Part shown: piece after piece, positions 9,811 to 17,789 of the stretch
How the letters are laid out: every line of letters starts with the position of its first letter
How positions within the stretch are numbered: the first letter of the stretch is position 1
DNA from: Candidatus Latescibacterota bacterium
GTDB lineage: Bacteria > Latescibacterota > UBA2968 > UBA8231
NCBI GenBank assembly: GCA_022820485.1
Contig: JAJEFJ010000031.1
Location: forward strand, 2,491-66,490
DNA: 64,000 nt
Reading direction: 5' to 3'
Program-made: the position numbers and the translations under genes
Notes under the pieces: generated by a model
Told to the model about the DNA's origin: nothing
Seen by the model: the letters and a program-made list of their open reading frames with translations, nothing else
The model's database searches: none

Positions 9811-9920
9811 AGCGGAGTCCTCCTCAGCTCGGAATAAAATATAAAAACGATGCCTCTAGTACTAAGGCAATATCACTGCTGCAAAGGCACTCCTCTTGCA
9901 ATTCGCAATTCCTAATTCCT
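9776..9920 (-). repeat. Duplicated leader + RBS + first ~12 codons, copy B (porV)
   Basis: Aligns to 5786-5900 with two indels. Confidence 0.9.
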
Positions 9921-9922
9921 AA

Positions 9923-10025
9923 CTGATGTTACGCAGTAGCTCGCTATCTTGTGGTTTATTGAAGCCTGTTGACCCAAGATATTGGGGCGAAATTGAGGAT
10001 TTTCTAGAAAACTGCGTAACATCAC
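9923..10025. mobile_element. 103-bp MITE-like element, copy 1
   Basis: 15-bp terminal inverted repeats CTGATGTTACGCAGT / ACTGCGTAACATCAC; about 12 mismatches to 52639-52741; no ORF. Confidence 0.85.
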
Positions 10026-10044
10026 TTCCTAATTCACCACATGC

Positions 10045-13000
10045 TCACTTGGCGACCTGCAAGACGGCGCGGCGCGCGACCGCAGCCCCGCTTTCCCGCT
10101 CGGCTTCTATTCGGTAAATATACGAACCGTTGGCCAAACCCGCCGATGGCGTCCAAGACACTTGGTTATAGCCAGCGCGCGTCTGCCCGTCTAGCCGCTC
10201 TATCAGCCGCCCGGCCAGCGAAAAGACCTCTATCTGCACCGTGCGCATCTCGTCTGCTAGCTCATACGTGAAGTAGCCGCTATCGCGCATGGGATTCGGG
10301 TAAAATAGAACGTTGGCAAGGCTCGTATCCCCTTCGTCTTCTCCAACCGTGACGACCACGGTCTCACGCGACGAATTGTTGAAGTTGTCCCAAGCCTTCA
10401 GGCGGATTTCGTGTTTGCCGGTTTCCAATTCGGGCAGGGGAAATTCGATCACGCCCTGCCGATAATCCCCGCCCTGCACGCTGTATAGATCCGTCAAAGT
10501 GAATAGCTCGCCGTCAATGGCCAGCTCGATTTCGTGTCCGGTCTCTCCGGTGATGTTGATGCCGCTGGGATCTGCAATCGAGGCCAACAACACCGTCTGC
10601 CGCGGAATCGTGCTGCCTTTGGCTCCCTCAAAGCGCAGGGAAATTTCCGGCCCTTCCACGTCCGCTTCCACCCCTTCAGCCGTGCCCGCCAGCACCAGTC
10701 CACCCACCGCGCCAAAGGCCGCCGGGCGATCATCGCTCCAGACGTAGGCGCTGATGCGGCCGTTTTGTCCGCCATACGTAATGTCTTTAGGCACCCTAAA
10801 TGCGGCGCGGAAGCGGCCCTCGGCTACTGGAAAGCGGCCGCGAAAAATGGGGGCACCGGTCTGCTGATAAGTATAGCCCTCCAAGTCGCTCTCTTCACTC
10901 GAATCAAAAGCCTGCAACCACACTTGGCCCGCATAAGCAGTGGCCGACGCACCCGCGGCGTCGAGGACTTGGCCGGCGATGGCTACTTCGCCGAGAGCGC
11001 GGAGCGAGTCGGTCGCGTCAATCTGCACCTGAAAGCGCGGCATGGCCAAGCGCGTCGCCGGGTCGCCGAAGAGCGAGTAGCGCTGAATGTTGCGAAATGT
11101 AGTATTGCCGCTGGGAACGTAATACGGCAACAGCAATTGCTTGGCTTCGAAAAGGGCTAGCCCAATCGGCACGTGCTCCCTTCCGGTGTGGAACATCTGC
11201 CAGTAAAACTGGTTGGCCAACTGGACGTTGGTGGAGTGATACCCCACCCGGGTCGCGCAAATCATGCCGATCACGCCCCCGTCTTCCTTCTTCAGCAGCG
11301 CTTCGGGCAAGGAGAGGCGCACTGGATCGTCGAACACCCCAACTTGACTCGCAGCCGTGTAGAACAGGGGCAAACGAGCACCGTTGTTGAGTTTGTCCAA
11401 ATCGCGAGCCAGCAAAAACATGCTCTCGTGGGCCAGCACGTTAAGGCTGCCGTGCCCCAAATAAGTCACAGTGAGCGCACCCTCGTTGAAGAGCCGAATA
11501 AACTCGTCGCGGGCCCGAGGTTTCTCTCGTCCCTCTAAGGGAAATTGGGCGATGTAGAGCTTGATCAAATCCAGCGAATTGGGCAGGATGTTGCGGGCCA
11601 TGTATTCGCTGTCGCGGATGAAATAAGATTCGACCTTGTGCGGCGCGTCTCGATTGAGCAAGTCGTCCGAGACTAATGCCTGTCGGCTCTGCCAAGGCCC
11701 CACTTCGGGCGTGCGGTCGTAGGCGATGATTTTATCGACGACCACGTCGGCCTCGGCTGCCGTCTGCACCGTCAGCCGCCCAACGGCCATGTCGGGGTAC
11801 AAATCGCCACCCACCACGCGCGTGTACCACTCGTCGTACGTGCTGTCGCCGTCTTGGAACGGCGGGATCCAATTGCCCTGACTGAGCGCTGAGTTGTTTT
11901 TGTAATCGTACGAACCATCGCCGATCAAGGCCACAAATAGCGGCGCGGGATCCCAGTTCTCGGCCGCGTACGCGAGAAAATTGCGGAGCGCCGCCGGGTC
12001 TAAAAGGCCGCCGGAAAATTCGTCGTAGATGTCTTGGACGTCGATAGCCGCCGTCCGCAGGGGCGGCCCAAAGCGGTTGTCTTCCGCCCGCCATTGGGCC
12101 AAGCGCTCGGCCGCAGCGCGAAAATCGCGGTGGTAAATCGCCACCCAATCGGCCCCCCGGCTCCTAGTCGTCAAATCGCCGGGCCAGTCGAGCTCAATGC
12201 GCATTGGTCGCTTCCAAGCAGCCGGGCCGCCTACTGCGTAATGACGCGGCACATCCCCGGGCCGATCCTGAAAAATTACCGTCCCGGCTTGTGCATCGTA
12301 TTCGAAGTCCACGATCTCGGCCAACCCCGCAGACACCTCAAAGATGCGCGGCTGCTCGTCGGCAAAACCCGCGAGGCGAAATTGCGTGGTGCTCGTCAGC
12401 GGATAGGTGAAAAGCAACTCGCCGCGCTCGGCGACTAAGCCCCGGCTGTACTCCACTTCGTACCAATCGAAGCGAGACGGATTGCCGGAGTGAAAAATTC
12501 CCAAGTGGTTCAGCCCTTCCTGTGCTCCTCGCGTCGCCCACAACGTATCGGATGTAACCGGCATCTGGCCCGATCGCGCCGGGATTGCAAAAGCCGCTGT
12601 TCCAATGGTCTCTTCGTTCCAGCGCACCGAAAAACGCGGCTGTGTCCCAGGCACCCCGATAAAGCCCAACCGCACAGCCACCGGATCGGGGGCGGCCTGC
12701 CGCACCACTATCGGGAAATTGCGCGCATTGCCGCGAAAGTCCTCCCAGTACCAAGTGTAGCCGGATTTGATGCCTACGAGCTGGTTGAGGACGAACTGCT
12801 CGGCTTCCTCGTGGATTCGCTCCCGATAGCTCGTGGGCTGCGGCGGATCGGACTCCACCAGAGCACCGCTTCTTTGCTCGGCCCGCCGCCCCTCGCCTCC
12901 ACCGCCGAAACCCAGCCAGTACGCGTTCTCGTGCGTGTAAACATTGTGCCGATACTGAAACGAGCGGCTGGCCGGAACGTATTCCCAGCGGCTGACCGGC

Positions 13001-13761
13001 TCGGCCCAAAACAAGACGAAGTCGTCCGCGTCCAAGCGGCCATCGCCCCCATCCTCCACGACTAAGCCCACTTCCCGCAGGGCTTGGGGCGGATTTATCT
13101 CGTCGATGGGCAAGGCGTTACCGCCGCCGTAGTGCAGGCGCAAACTCGCTGGATTGACGTCGCCGATTGCGACCCCAGCGGCCTCTAAGTCGGCTCCCGA
13201 TATCCTGTAGATCCCCTCTTCCGCGACGGATATTCGCAGCCAAGTCCCTTCCTGCAACGCGGCTTTGCGCGCCGGCCGCCTTTTGGGCGGCAATCGCCAG
13301 TTCTTGGCTTGCTCGGGGTTGACGAGCAACCCTCGGTAGAATGCTTCGCCCCAAGGGTCGGCAACGCGAGAGCCGCTGCTGCCGGTCACGTGTAGGTCAA
13401 CGACGATTCGATCGTACAGAGTCCGCGTTCCATCCGCTTCAACGAGCGGGGCAAACGCCACTGGAACGACGCGCTGGCGACGCACAAAACCGCTTTCGCC
13501 GAGAAATACCGGACCGGGCGTGGGCGCGTCGTCTTCAGCAGCGCGATCCGTCCGCGCTACGCGGGCTTCGACCAGTTCCAAGCGAACCTGTCCGTCGGTT
13601 GGGACGCCGATCAAGGCACCGCGCCCCTGCTCCAATTCTCGGCCCTCGGGCAGCCAAACCAACTGCAGGCGCTGTGGCGTCTGTTCGCTTACGCGCAATT
13701 CTGCCGTGGCCGCACTCCCGCAAAAAAGCACGAGCACCCAAAAACAGCATTTGAATCTCAT
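10045..13761 (-). CDS. porU: PorU-like C25 (gingipain-family) protein with T9SS CTD; catalytic Cys replaced by Ser
   Basis: IYDEFSGG, GDGSYDYKN, AVGRL, YLGHG, ATRV, YSLFGDPA, KAWDNFNNSS and FYPNP...LANGSYIYRI. Confidence 0.88.
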   Translation of the reverse strand: MRFKCCFWVLVLFCGSAATAELRVSEQTPQRLQLVWLPEGRELEQGRGALIGVPTDGQVRLELVEARVARTDRAAEDDAPTPGPVFLGESGFVRRQRVVPVAFAPLVEADGTRTLYDRIVVDLHVTGSSGSRVADPWGEAFYRGLLVNPEQAKNWRLPPKRRPARKAALQEGTWLRISVAEEGIYRISGADLEAAGVAIGDVNPASLRLHYGGGNALPIDEINPPQALREVGLVVEDGGDGRLDADDFVLFWAEPVSRWEYVPASRSFQYRHNVYTHENAYWLGFGGGGEGRRAEQRSGALVESDPPQPTSYRERIHEEAEQFVLNQLVGIKSGYTWYWEDFRGNARNFPIVVRQAAPDPVAVRLGFIGVPGTQPRFSVRWNEETIGTAAFAIPARSGQMPVTSDTLWATRGAQEGLNHLGIFHSGNPSRFDWYEVEYSRGLVAERGELLFTYPLTSTTQFRLAGFADEQPRIFEVSAGLAEIVDFEYDAQAGTVIFQDRPGDVPRHYAVGGPAAWKRPMRIELDWPGDLTTRSRGADWVAIYHRDFRAAAERLAQWRAEDNRFGPPLRTAAIDVQDIYDEFSGGLLDPAALRNFLAYAAENWDPAPLFVALIGDGSYDYKNNSALSQGNWIPPFQDGDSTYDEWYTRVVGGDLYPDMAVGRLTVQTAAEADVVVDKIIAYDRTPEVGPWQSRQALVSDDLLNRDAPHKVESYFIRDSEYMARNILPNSLDLIKLYIAQFPLEGREKPRARDEFIRLFNEGALTVTYLGHGSLNVLAHESMFLLARDLDKLNNGARLPLFYTAASQVGVFDDPVRLSLPEALLKKEDGGVIGMICATRVGYHSTNVQLANQFYWQMFHTGREHVPIGLALFEAKQLLLPYYVPSGNTTFRNIQRYSLFGDPATRLAMPRFQVQIDATDSLRALGEVAIAGQVLDAAGASATAYAGQVWLQAFDSSEESDLEGYTYQQTGAPIFRGRFPVAEGRFRAAFRVPKDITYGGQNGRISAYVWSDDRPAAFGAVGGLVLAGTAEGVEADVEGPEISLRFEGAKGSTIPRQTVLLASIADPSGINITGETGHEIELAIDGELFTLTDLYSVQGGDYRQGVIEFPLPELETGKHEIRLKAWDNFNNSSRETVVVTVGEDEGDTSLANVLFYPNPMRDSGYFTYELADEMRTVQIEVFSLAGRLIERLDGQTRAGYNQVSWTPSAGLANGSYIYRIEAERESGAAVARRAVLQVAK

Positions 13762-13852
13762 AAAATGGTATAGGCGGGATAGGTCATTGGATCATGGTGA
13801 TTGGCACTTTTAAGGTCATTCCAAGCCCTCTTTTTGTCAAGAGCATCTCACC

Positions 13853-13881
13853 TTGACTTATCGGCTTAGTGCCGCTATGTT
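13853..13881 (+). promoter_or_regulatory. Putative sigma70 promoter of rpmB
   Basis: TTGACT-17 nt-TATGTT, followed by a GGGAGG RBS. Confidence 0.6.
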
Positions 13882-13908
13882 TTATAGTTTTGTAACAGGG
13901 AGGCACTC

Positions 13909-14136
13909 ATGGCCAGACAATGCAGCCTGACCAACGTTAAGGGCCTAGTTGGCAACAGCGTCAGCCACTCGCAGCGCAAAACCAAGCGCGTCCAACAGCC
14001 TAATCTCATCAAAAAGCGCATCTTCATTCCCGAGGAAAACCGCACCGTCACCCTCCGCCTAACCGCCCGTGCCCTACGCACTTTAAACAAAAAAGGCGTC
14101 CATCAGTTCCTGAAAGAAAACGGGATCAAGGTCTGA
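13909..14136 (+). CDS. rpmB: 50S ribosomal protein L28
   Basis: GNSVSHSQRKTKRVQQPNL...LRLTARALRTL. Confidence 0.97.
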   Translation: MARQCSLTNVKGLVGNSVSHSQRKTKRVQQPNLIKKRIFIPEENRTVTLRLTARALRTLNKKGVHQFLKENGIKV

Positions 14137-14140
14137 GCGG

Positions 14141-14410
14141 ACAAAAGCGCTAGAGGCCGAGGGGCTGAGCCGCTGGGGACTGGACTGGGCCGGCGGCTTG
14201 CTGTGGGCATTGTTACCAGTGGCCACCCAAGCCGCGCATTTGCATCGCACCGCCGCGCGCTACCATGCCATCGGCTGGCGCTTTGCAGCCGACGAACACA
14301 ACGAAGACGCCTTTACCCCGCTCAGCGCCGGCGCGGCGCACATGAATCAGATGCTCAAGCGCGCGCGCGCCCCCCAAGGCATTTTCAACCCCGGTAAGCT
14401 ATACGCCTAG
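14141..14410 (+). pseudogene. C-terminal fragment of a GlcE-like glycolate oxidase FAD subunit
   Basis: Frame reads LDWAGGLLW...FTPLSAG...LKRARAPQGIFNPGKLYA*, resembling the GlcE C-terminus; no N-terminal FAD domain and no good start. Confidence 0.65.
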
Positions 14411-15591
14411 TAGATCTCGCCTGGCCGATAGTCCGGCGGCGGCGTTTCCCGTTCGCTGAGCCACAGCGACCGCCCAACCCGCGCCTGGACGTATTGATAG
14501 TCATAGCTCGTATCTGGAGCGGCGATATTGCCCTGCGATGGGTATTGGGCAATCGCCTCCTCGACCAAATCCACGCCCAGCCCGGGCGCATCCGGCACCG
14601 CGATATGGCTGTCGATCACTTCGGGCTGACCAGTCATCACCTCGTATCGCTGCGGCACATCGTCGGCTAGGTGCTCCAAGATCAGGAAATTGGGCAGCGT
14701 GGCCATTAGGTGGACAGCCGCCATTTCGGCCACCGGCCCCAACGAGCCGTCGTGCGGAGCCATCGTGCAGTAGTGCGCCTCGGCCATAGCGGCGATCTTC
14801 TTCATCTGCGACAGCCCCCCAGCGCGGCCCGTATCGGGCTGTACCACATCGATAATTTCGCGCTCAATCAGCTCTTTTACGCCCCAAATAGTGGCGTGGC
14901 GTTCGCCCGCAGCAATGGGAATATCTACGGCATCGGCAACCCGAGCGAGGGCGTCGATGTTTTCAGGAGCTACTGGATCTTCGTAAAATAGCAGGTCGTA
15001 ATCTTCAAGCGCATGCCCCAAGGCAATGGCATCGCGCGTCGTTAACCAAGGTGGCCCGTGGACATCGACCATGAGATCCACCTCGTTGCCGACCTCCTTG
15101 CGGATGGCGGCAACCGTTTCCACGCAGTTGTTGATTCCCCCAGTCTTAATCGCCGTATAGCCTTGATCGACCAAAGCGCGGGCCCGCTCGGTCTCGTGCG
15201 CATGGGCATAGACCCGCACCCGGTCGCGCATCTTGCCACCCAAGAGATTCCACACCGGCTGCCCGAGGGCCTTGCCCTTGATGTCCCACAAGGCCATCTC
15301 AATGCCGGTCATGGCACCAGAGCCGACGATGCCGGTCATGCCGTGGCCCATCATCGCCACCTGCATCTTGCTCCACAGCCGCTCGATGTGAAACGGGTCT
15401 TCGCCGATCATCAAAGGCGTTAGATCGTGGATGGCCGTTTCGACCACGCGCGGCCAGCCCGACGCCTCGCCCACGCCGTAGATGCCAGCGTCGGTCTCGA
15501 CCTTGACGAAGAGCCAGTTGCGCGCCGACCAGCCGCTCGCCTGCGGAGGCGCACACTGCATCAAATAAGTCTTGATTTGAGTAATTTTCAT
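14407..15591 (-). CDS. Mandelate racemase/MLE-family enolase (galactonate dehydratase-like)
   Basis: ALWDIKGK, MVDVHG, FYEDP, AGER, QPD. Start moved to MKITQIKTY after a GGAGA RBS. Confidence 0.9.
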   Translation of the reverse strand: MKITQIKTYLMQCAPPQASGWSARNWLFVKVETDAGIYGVGEASGWPRVVETAIHDLTPLMIGEDPFHIERLWSKMQVAMMGHGMTGIVGSGAMTGIEMALWDIKGKALGQPVWNLLGGKMRDRVRVYAHAHETERARALVDQGYTAIKTGGINNCVETVAAIRKEVGNEVDLMVDVHGPPWLTTRDAIALGHALEDYDLLFYEDPVAPENIDALARVADAVDIPIAAGERHATIWGVKELIEREIIDVVQPDTGRAGGLSQMKKIAAMAEAHYCTMAPHDGSLGPVAEMAAVHLMATLPNFLILEHLADDVPQRYEVMTGQPEVIDSHIAVPDAPGLGVDLVEEAIAQYPSQGNIAAPDTSYDYQYVQARVGRSLWLSERETPPPDYRPGEIY

Positions 15592-15674
15592 AGCGGTCTC
15601 CCCGTGTTGCAATGAAGCGACAAGTATAAGCCATAGAGCAAAATCAATCCATTGCCAGCACCCCTTGGCATAGA

Positions 15675-15703
15675 TTGACAGGCATATTTTCAATACTTAG
15701 CTT
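15675..15703 (+). promoter_or_regulatory. Putative sigma70 promoter of the polyprenyl synthase-secDF run
   Basis: TTGACA-17 nt-TAGCTT in an AT-rich divergent spacer. Confidence 0.5.
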
Positions 15704-15752
15704 CTAAATTTTCTATTTATGTAGTGATTTAATTCCAACAGATGCCTTTCTC

Positions 15753-16721
15753 ATGGACCCCTGCATAGGTCTGATCGATCAAGAACTGGTCCGGTTTGAA
15801 AAGCGGCTCAACGCCGAACTCAATGCCGATGTCGAGCTGGTCCACGTCATTGCCCGCTACATGGCCACCCTCAAGGGCAAGCGCCTCCGGCCAGCCCTCA
15901 TCCTGCTCGTGGCCAAAGCGTCTGGCCGCTGGAATGAACAGCTAATCGACACGGCCGTGGCCGTCGAAATGATTCACGCCGCCACCATGGCGCACGACGA
16001 CGTAGTAGATTCAGCAACCGTGCGCCGGGGCCGCGATACGGTCAACGAGCGTTGGACCGGGCAGATCGCCGTACTCATGGGCGACTTTCTGCTCGCGCGC
16101 GCCCTGCGCCTGCTGATCGAGATCGGCAATCTGCAGGTCCTAAGCGCAGTCGCGCACGCCACCGAGCGGCTGAGCATAGGCGAAATTTTTGAAATCCAGA
16201 TCGGCACTCAGTGCGACACGCGCGAAGAGTCGTACTTTGCCATGGTCAGCGACAAAACGGCTTCCCTGATCTCGGCCGCAGCGCGGATTGGCGCGATTCT
16301 CTCCGGCGCATCAGACGAGATCGTGCAATCTATGGGGCGCTACGGAGAATCGCTCGGCCGCGCCTTTCAAGTCGCCGACGACATCCTCGACCTCACCAGC
16401 GATCAGGCGACCATGGGCAAGCCCGTCGGACACGACCTGCGCGAAGGCAAGATCACCTTGCCATTGATACGCGCCTTACAGCAAGCCCCTTCAGCGGCGC
16501 GGGCCGAGATGGAGGCCCTTTTGACCCGGCCCGACAAAGACGAAGCCGAATGGGCGCAGATCGTAGCCTTTGTCGAAGAGTACCGAGGAGTCGCCGCCGC
16601 CACCGAGACCGCACACGAATACGCCGCCCAAGCTCAGCAATGCCTAAAAGTACTGGCCCCATCCCCGGCCCGCTCCGCGCTAGAACGAGCCGTGCAGCTC
16701 GTCGTCGAACGCAGCAATTGA
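15753..16721 (+). CDS. Polyprenyl diphosphate synthase (IspB-like)
   Basis: GKRLRP, HDDVVD...RRG, FQVADDILD, GKPVGHDLREGK. Confidence 0.93.
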   Translation: MDPCIGLIDQELVRFEKRLNAELNADVELVHVIARYMATLKGKRLRPALILLVAKASGRWNEQLIDTAVAVEMIHAATMAHDDVVDSATVRRGRDTVNERWTGQIAVLMGDFLLARALRLLIEIGNLQVLSAVAHATERLSIGEIFEIQIGTQCDTREESYFAMVSDKTASLISAAARIGAILSGASDEIVQSMGRYGESLGRAFQVADDILDLTSDQATMGKPVGHDLREGKITLPLIRALQQAPSAARAEMEALLTRPDKDEAEWAQIVAFVEEYRGVAAATETAHEYAAQAQQCLKVLAPSPARSALERAVQLVVERSN

Positions 16722-16733
16722 CGCGACCAGCCC

Positions 16734-17771
16734 ATGCTCAAGCGCAGTCTGCTGGCCGTCGGCGGTTTGGCCGTGGTCCTGTACTTTCTGCCGTCGCCCC
16801 AGCCCGCCGTGCCGGTGCGCGCCGACCGCTTCTTGTTGGGAACCCTCGTCACGGTCAAGCTTTACGGAGACGAAGCAGTGGTTCGCCCGCACCTAGAGGC
16901 GGCGTACGCAGCGATCGCCCGCGTCGATTCGGCAATGAGCCACTACCGCGAGGACGGAGCCTTGCGGCGGCTAGAGCAGCAGGCGCAACTCACCCCAACG
17001 CACGGCTCGACCGGGCTGATTGCGGTCTTGACGCGCAGCCAGCACTTCGCCGCGTTGACCGATGGAGCTTTTGACTGCACGGTGGGGGCGTTGACGAGCC
17101 TGTGGAACTTCTCCGATGCGGTAGCACCGCCTGCCCCGGCGCAAATCGATTCGGCGCTGACGCTGGTGGGCTACAAAGGGTTGGAAGTTGCAGCCCAGTC
17201 GTTTCGGATCAACAGGCCGGGACTGCAGTTGGACCTGGGAGCAGCGGCCAAAGGCTACGCGGTTGACCAAGCCGTAGCGGCCATGCAGGAGTTGGGGGTA
17301 GAGGCCGGAGTTATTGAGGCTGGCGGCGACATTCGCTATTGGGGCGAAAAGCCGGACGGTCGGCCTTGGCTTTTTGGGGTCCAGCACCCGCGCGCCCCAG
17401 AGCAATACCTAGCAGTAGAGGACCTCGGGCTCGCGGCGATCGCGACCTCGGGCGACTACGAGCAGTACTTTGATTGGGAAGGCGAGCGCTATCACCACCT
17501 GCTCGACCCCAAGACTGGCTATCCAGCGCGGGCTAGCATAAGCGCCACTGTGTGGGCCGCGACTGCACTGGACGCCGACATCCTGTCAACCGCGGTCTTC
17601 GTCTTAGGGCCTGAGCAAGGGCTCGCGCTCGTCGAGGGCCTAACGAACGTTGAGGGCTTTATTTTCTTTGCGCGAGACGGGCAGCTCATGCACCGGGCGT
17701 CAACCGGGCTGCGCGACCGCTTTCGCTTTTGCAATAGCAACAAACCTTCGCCGGGCTGTGCTCGGCACTAG
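16734..17771 (+). CDS. apbE: FAD:protein FMN transferase
   Basis: DLGAAAKGYAVD, GGDI, ATSGDYE, YHHLLDPKTGYP. Confidence 0.93.
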   Translation: MLKRSLLAVGGLAVVLYFLPSPQPAVPVRADRFLLGTLVTVKLYGDEAVVRPHLEAAYAAIARVDSAMSHYREDGALRRLEQQAQLTPTHGSTGLIAVLTRSQHFAALTDGAFDCTVGALTSLWNFSDAVAPPAPAQIDSALTLVGYKGLEVAAQSFRINRPGLQLDLGAAAKGYAVDQAVAAMQELGVEAGVIEAGGDIRYWGEKPDGRPWLFGVQHPRAPEQYLAVEDLGLAAIATSGDYEQYFDWEGERYHHLLDPKTGYPARASISATVWAATALDADILSTAVFVLGPEQGLALVEGLTNVEGFIFFARDGQLMHRASTGLRDRFRFCNSNKPSPGCARH

Positions 17772-17789
17772 CGGAGTAAAGACCAATTT

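Noticed and set aside
13801-13820. TTGGCAC as a sigma54 -24 box
   Set aside because: No TTGC at the -12 position.
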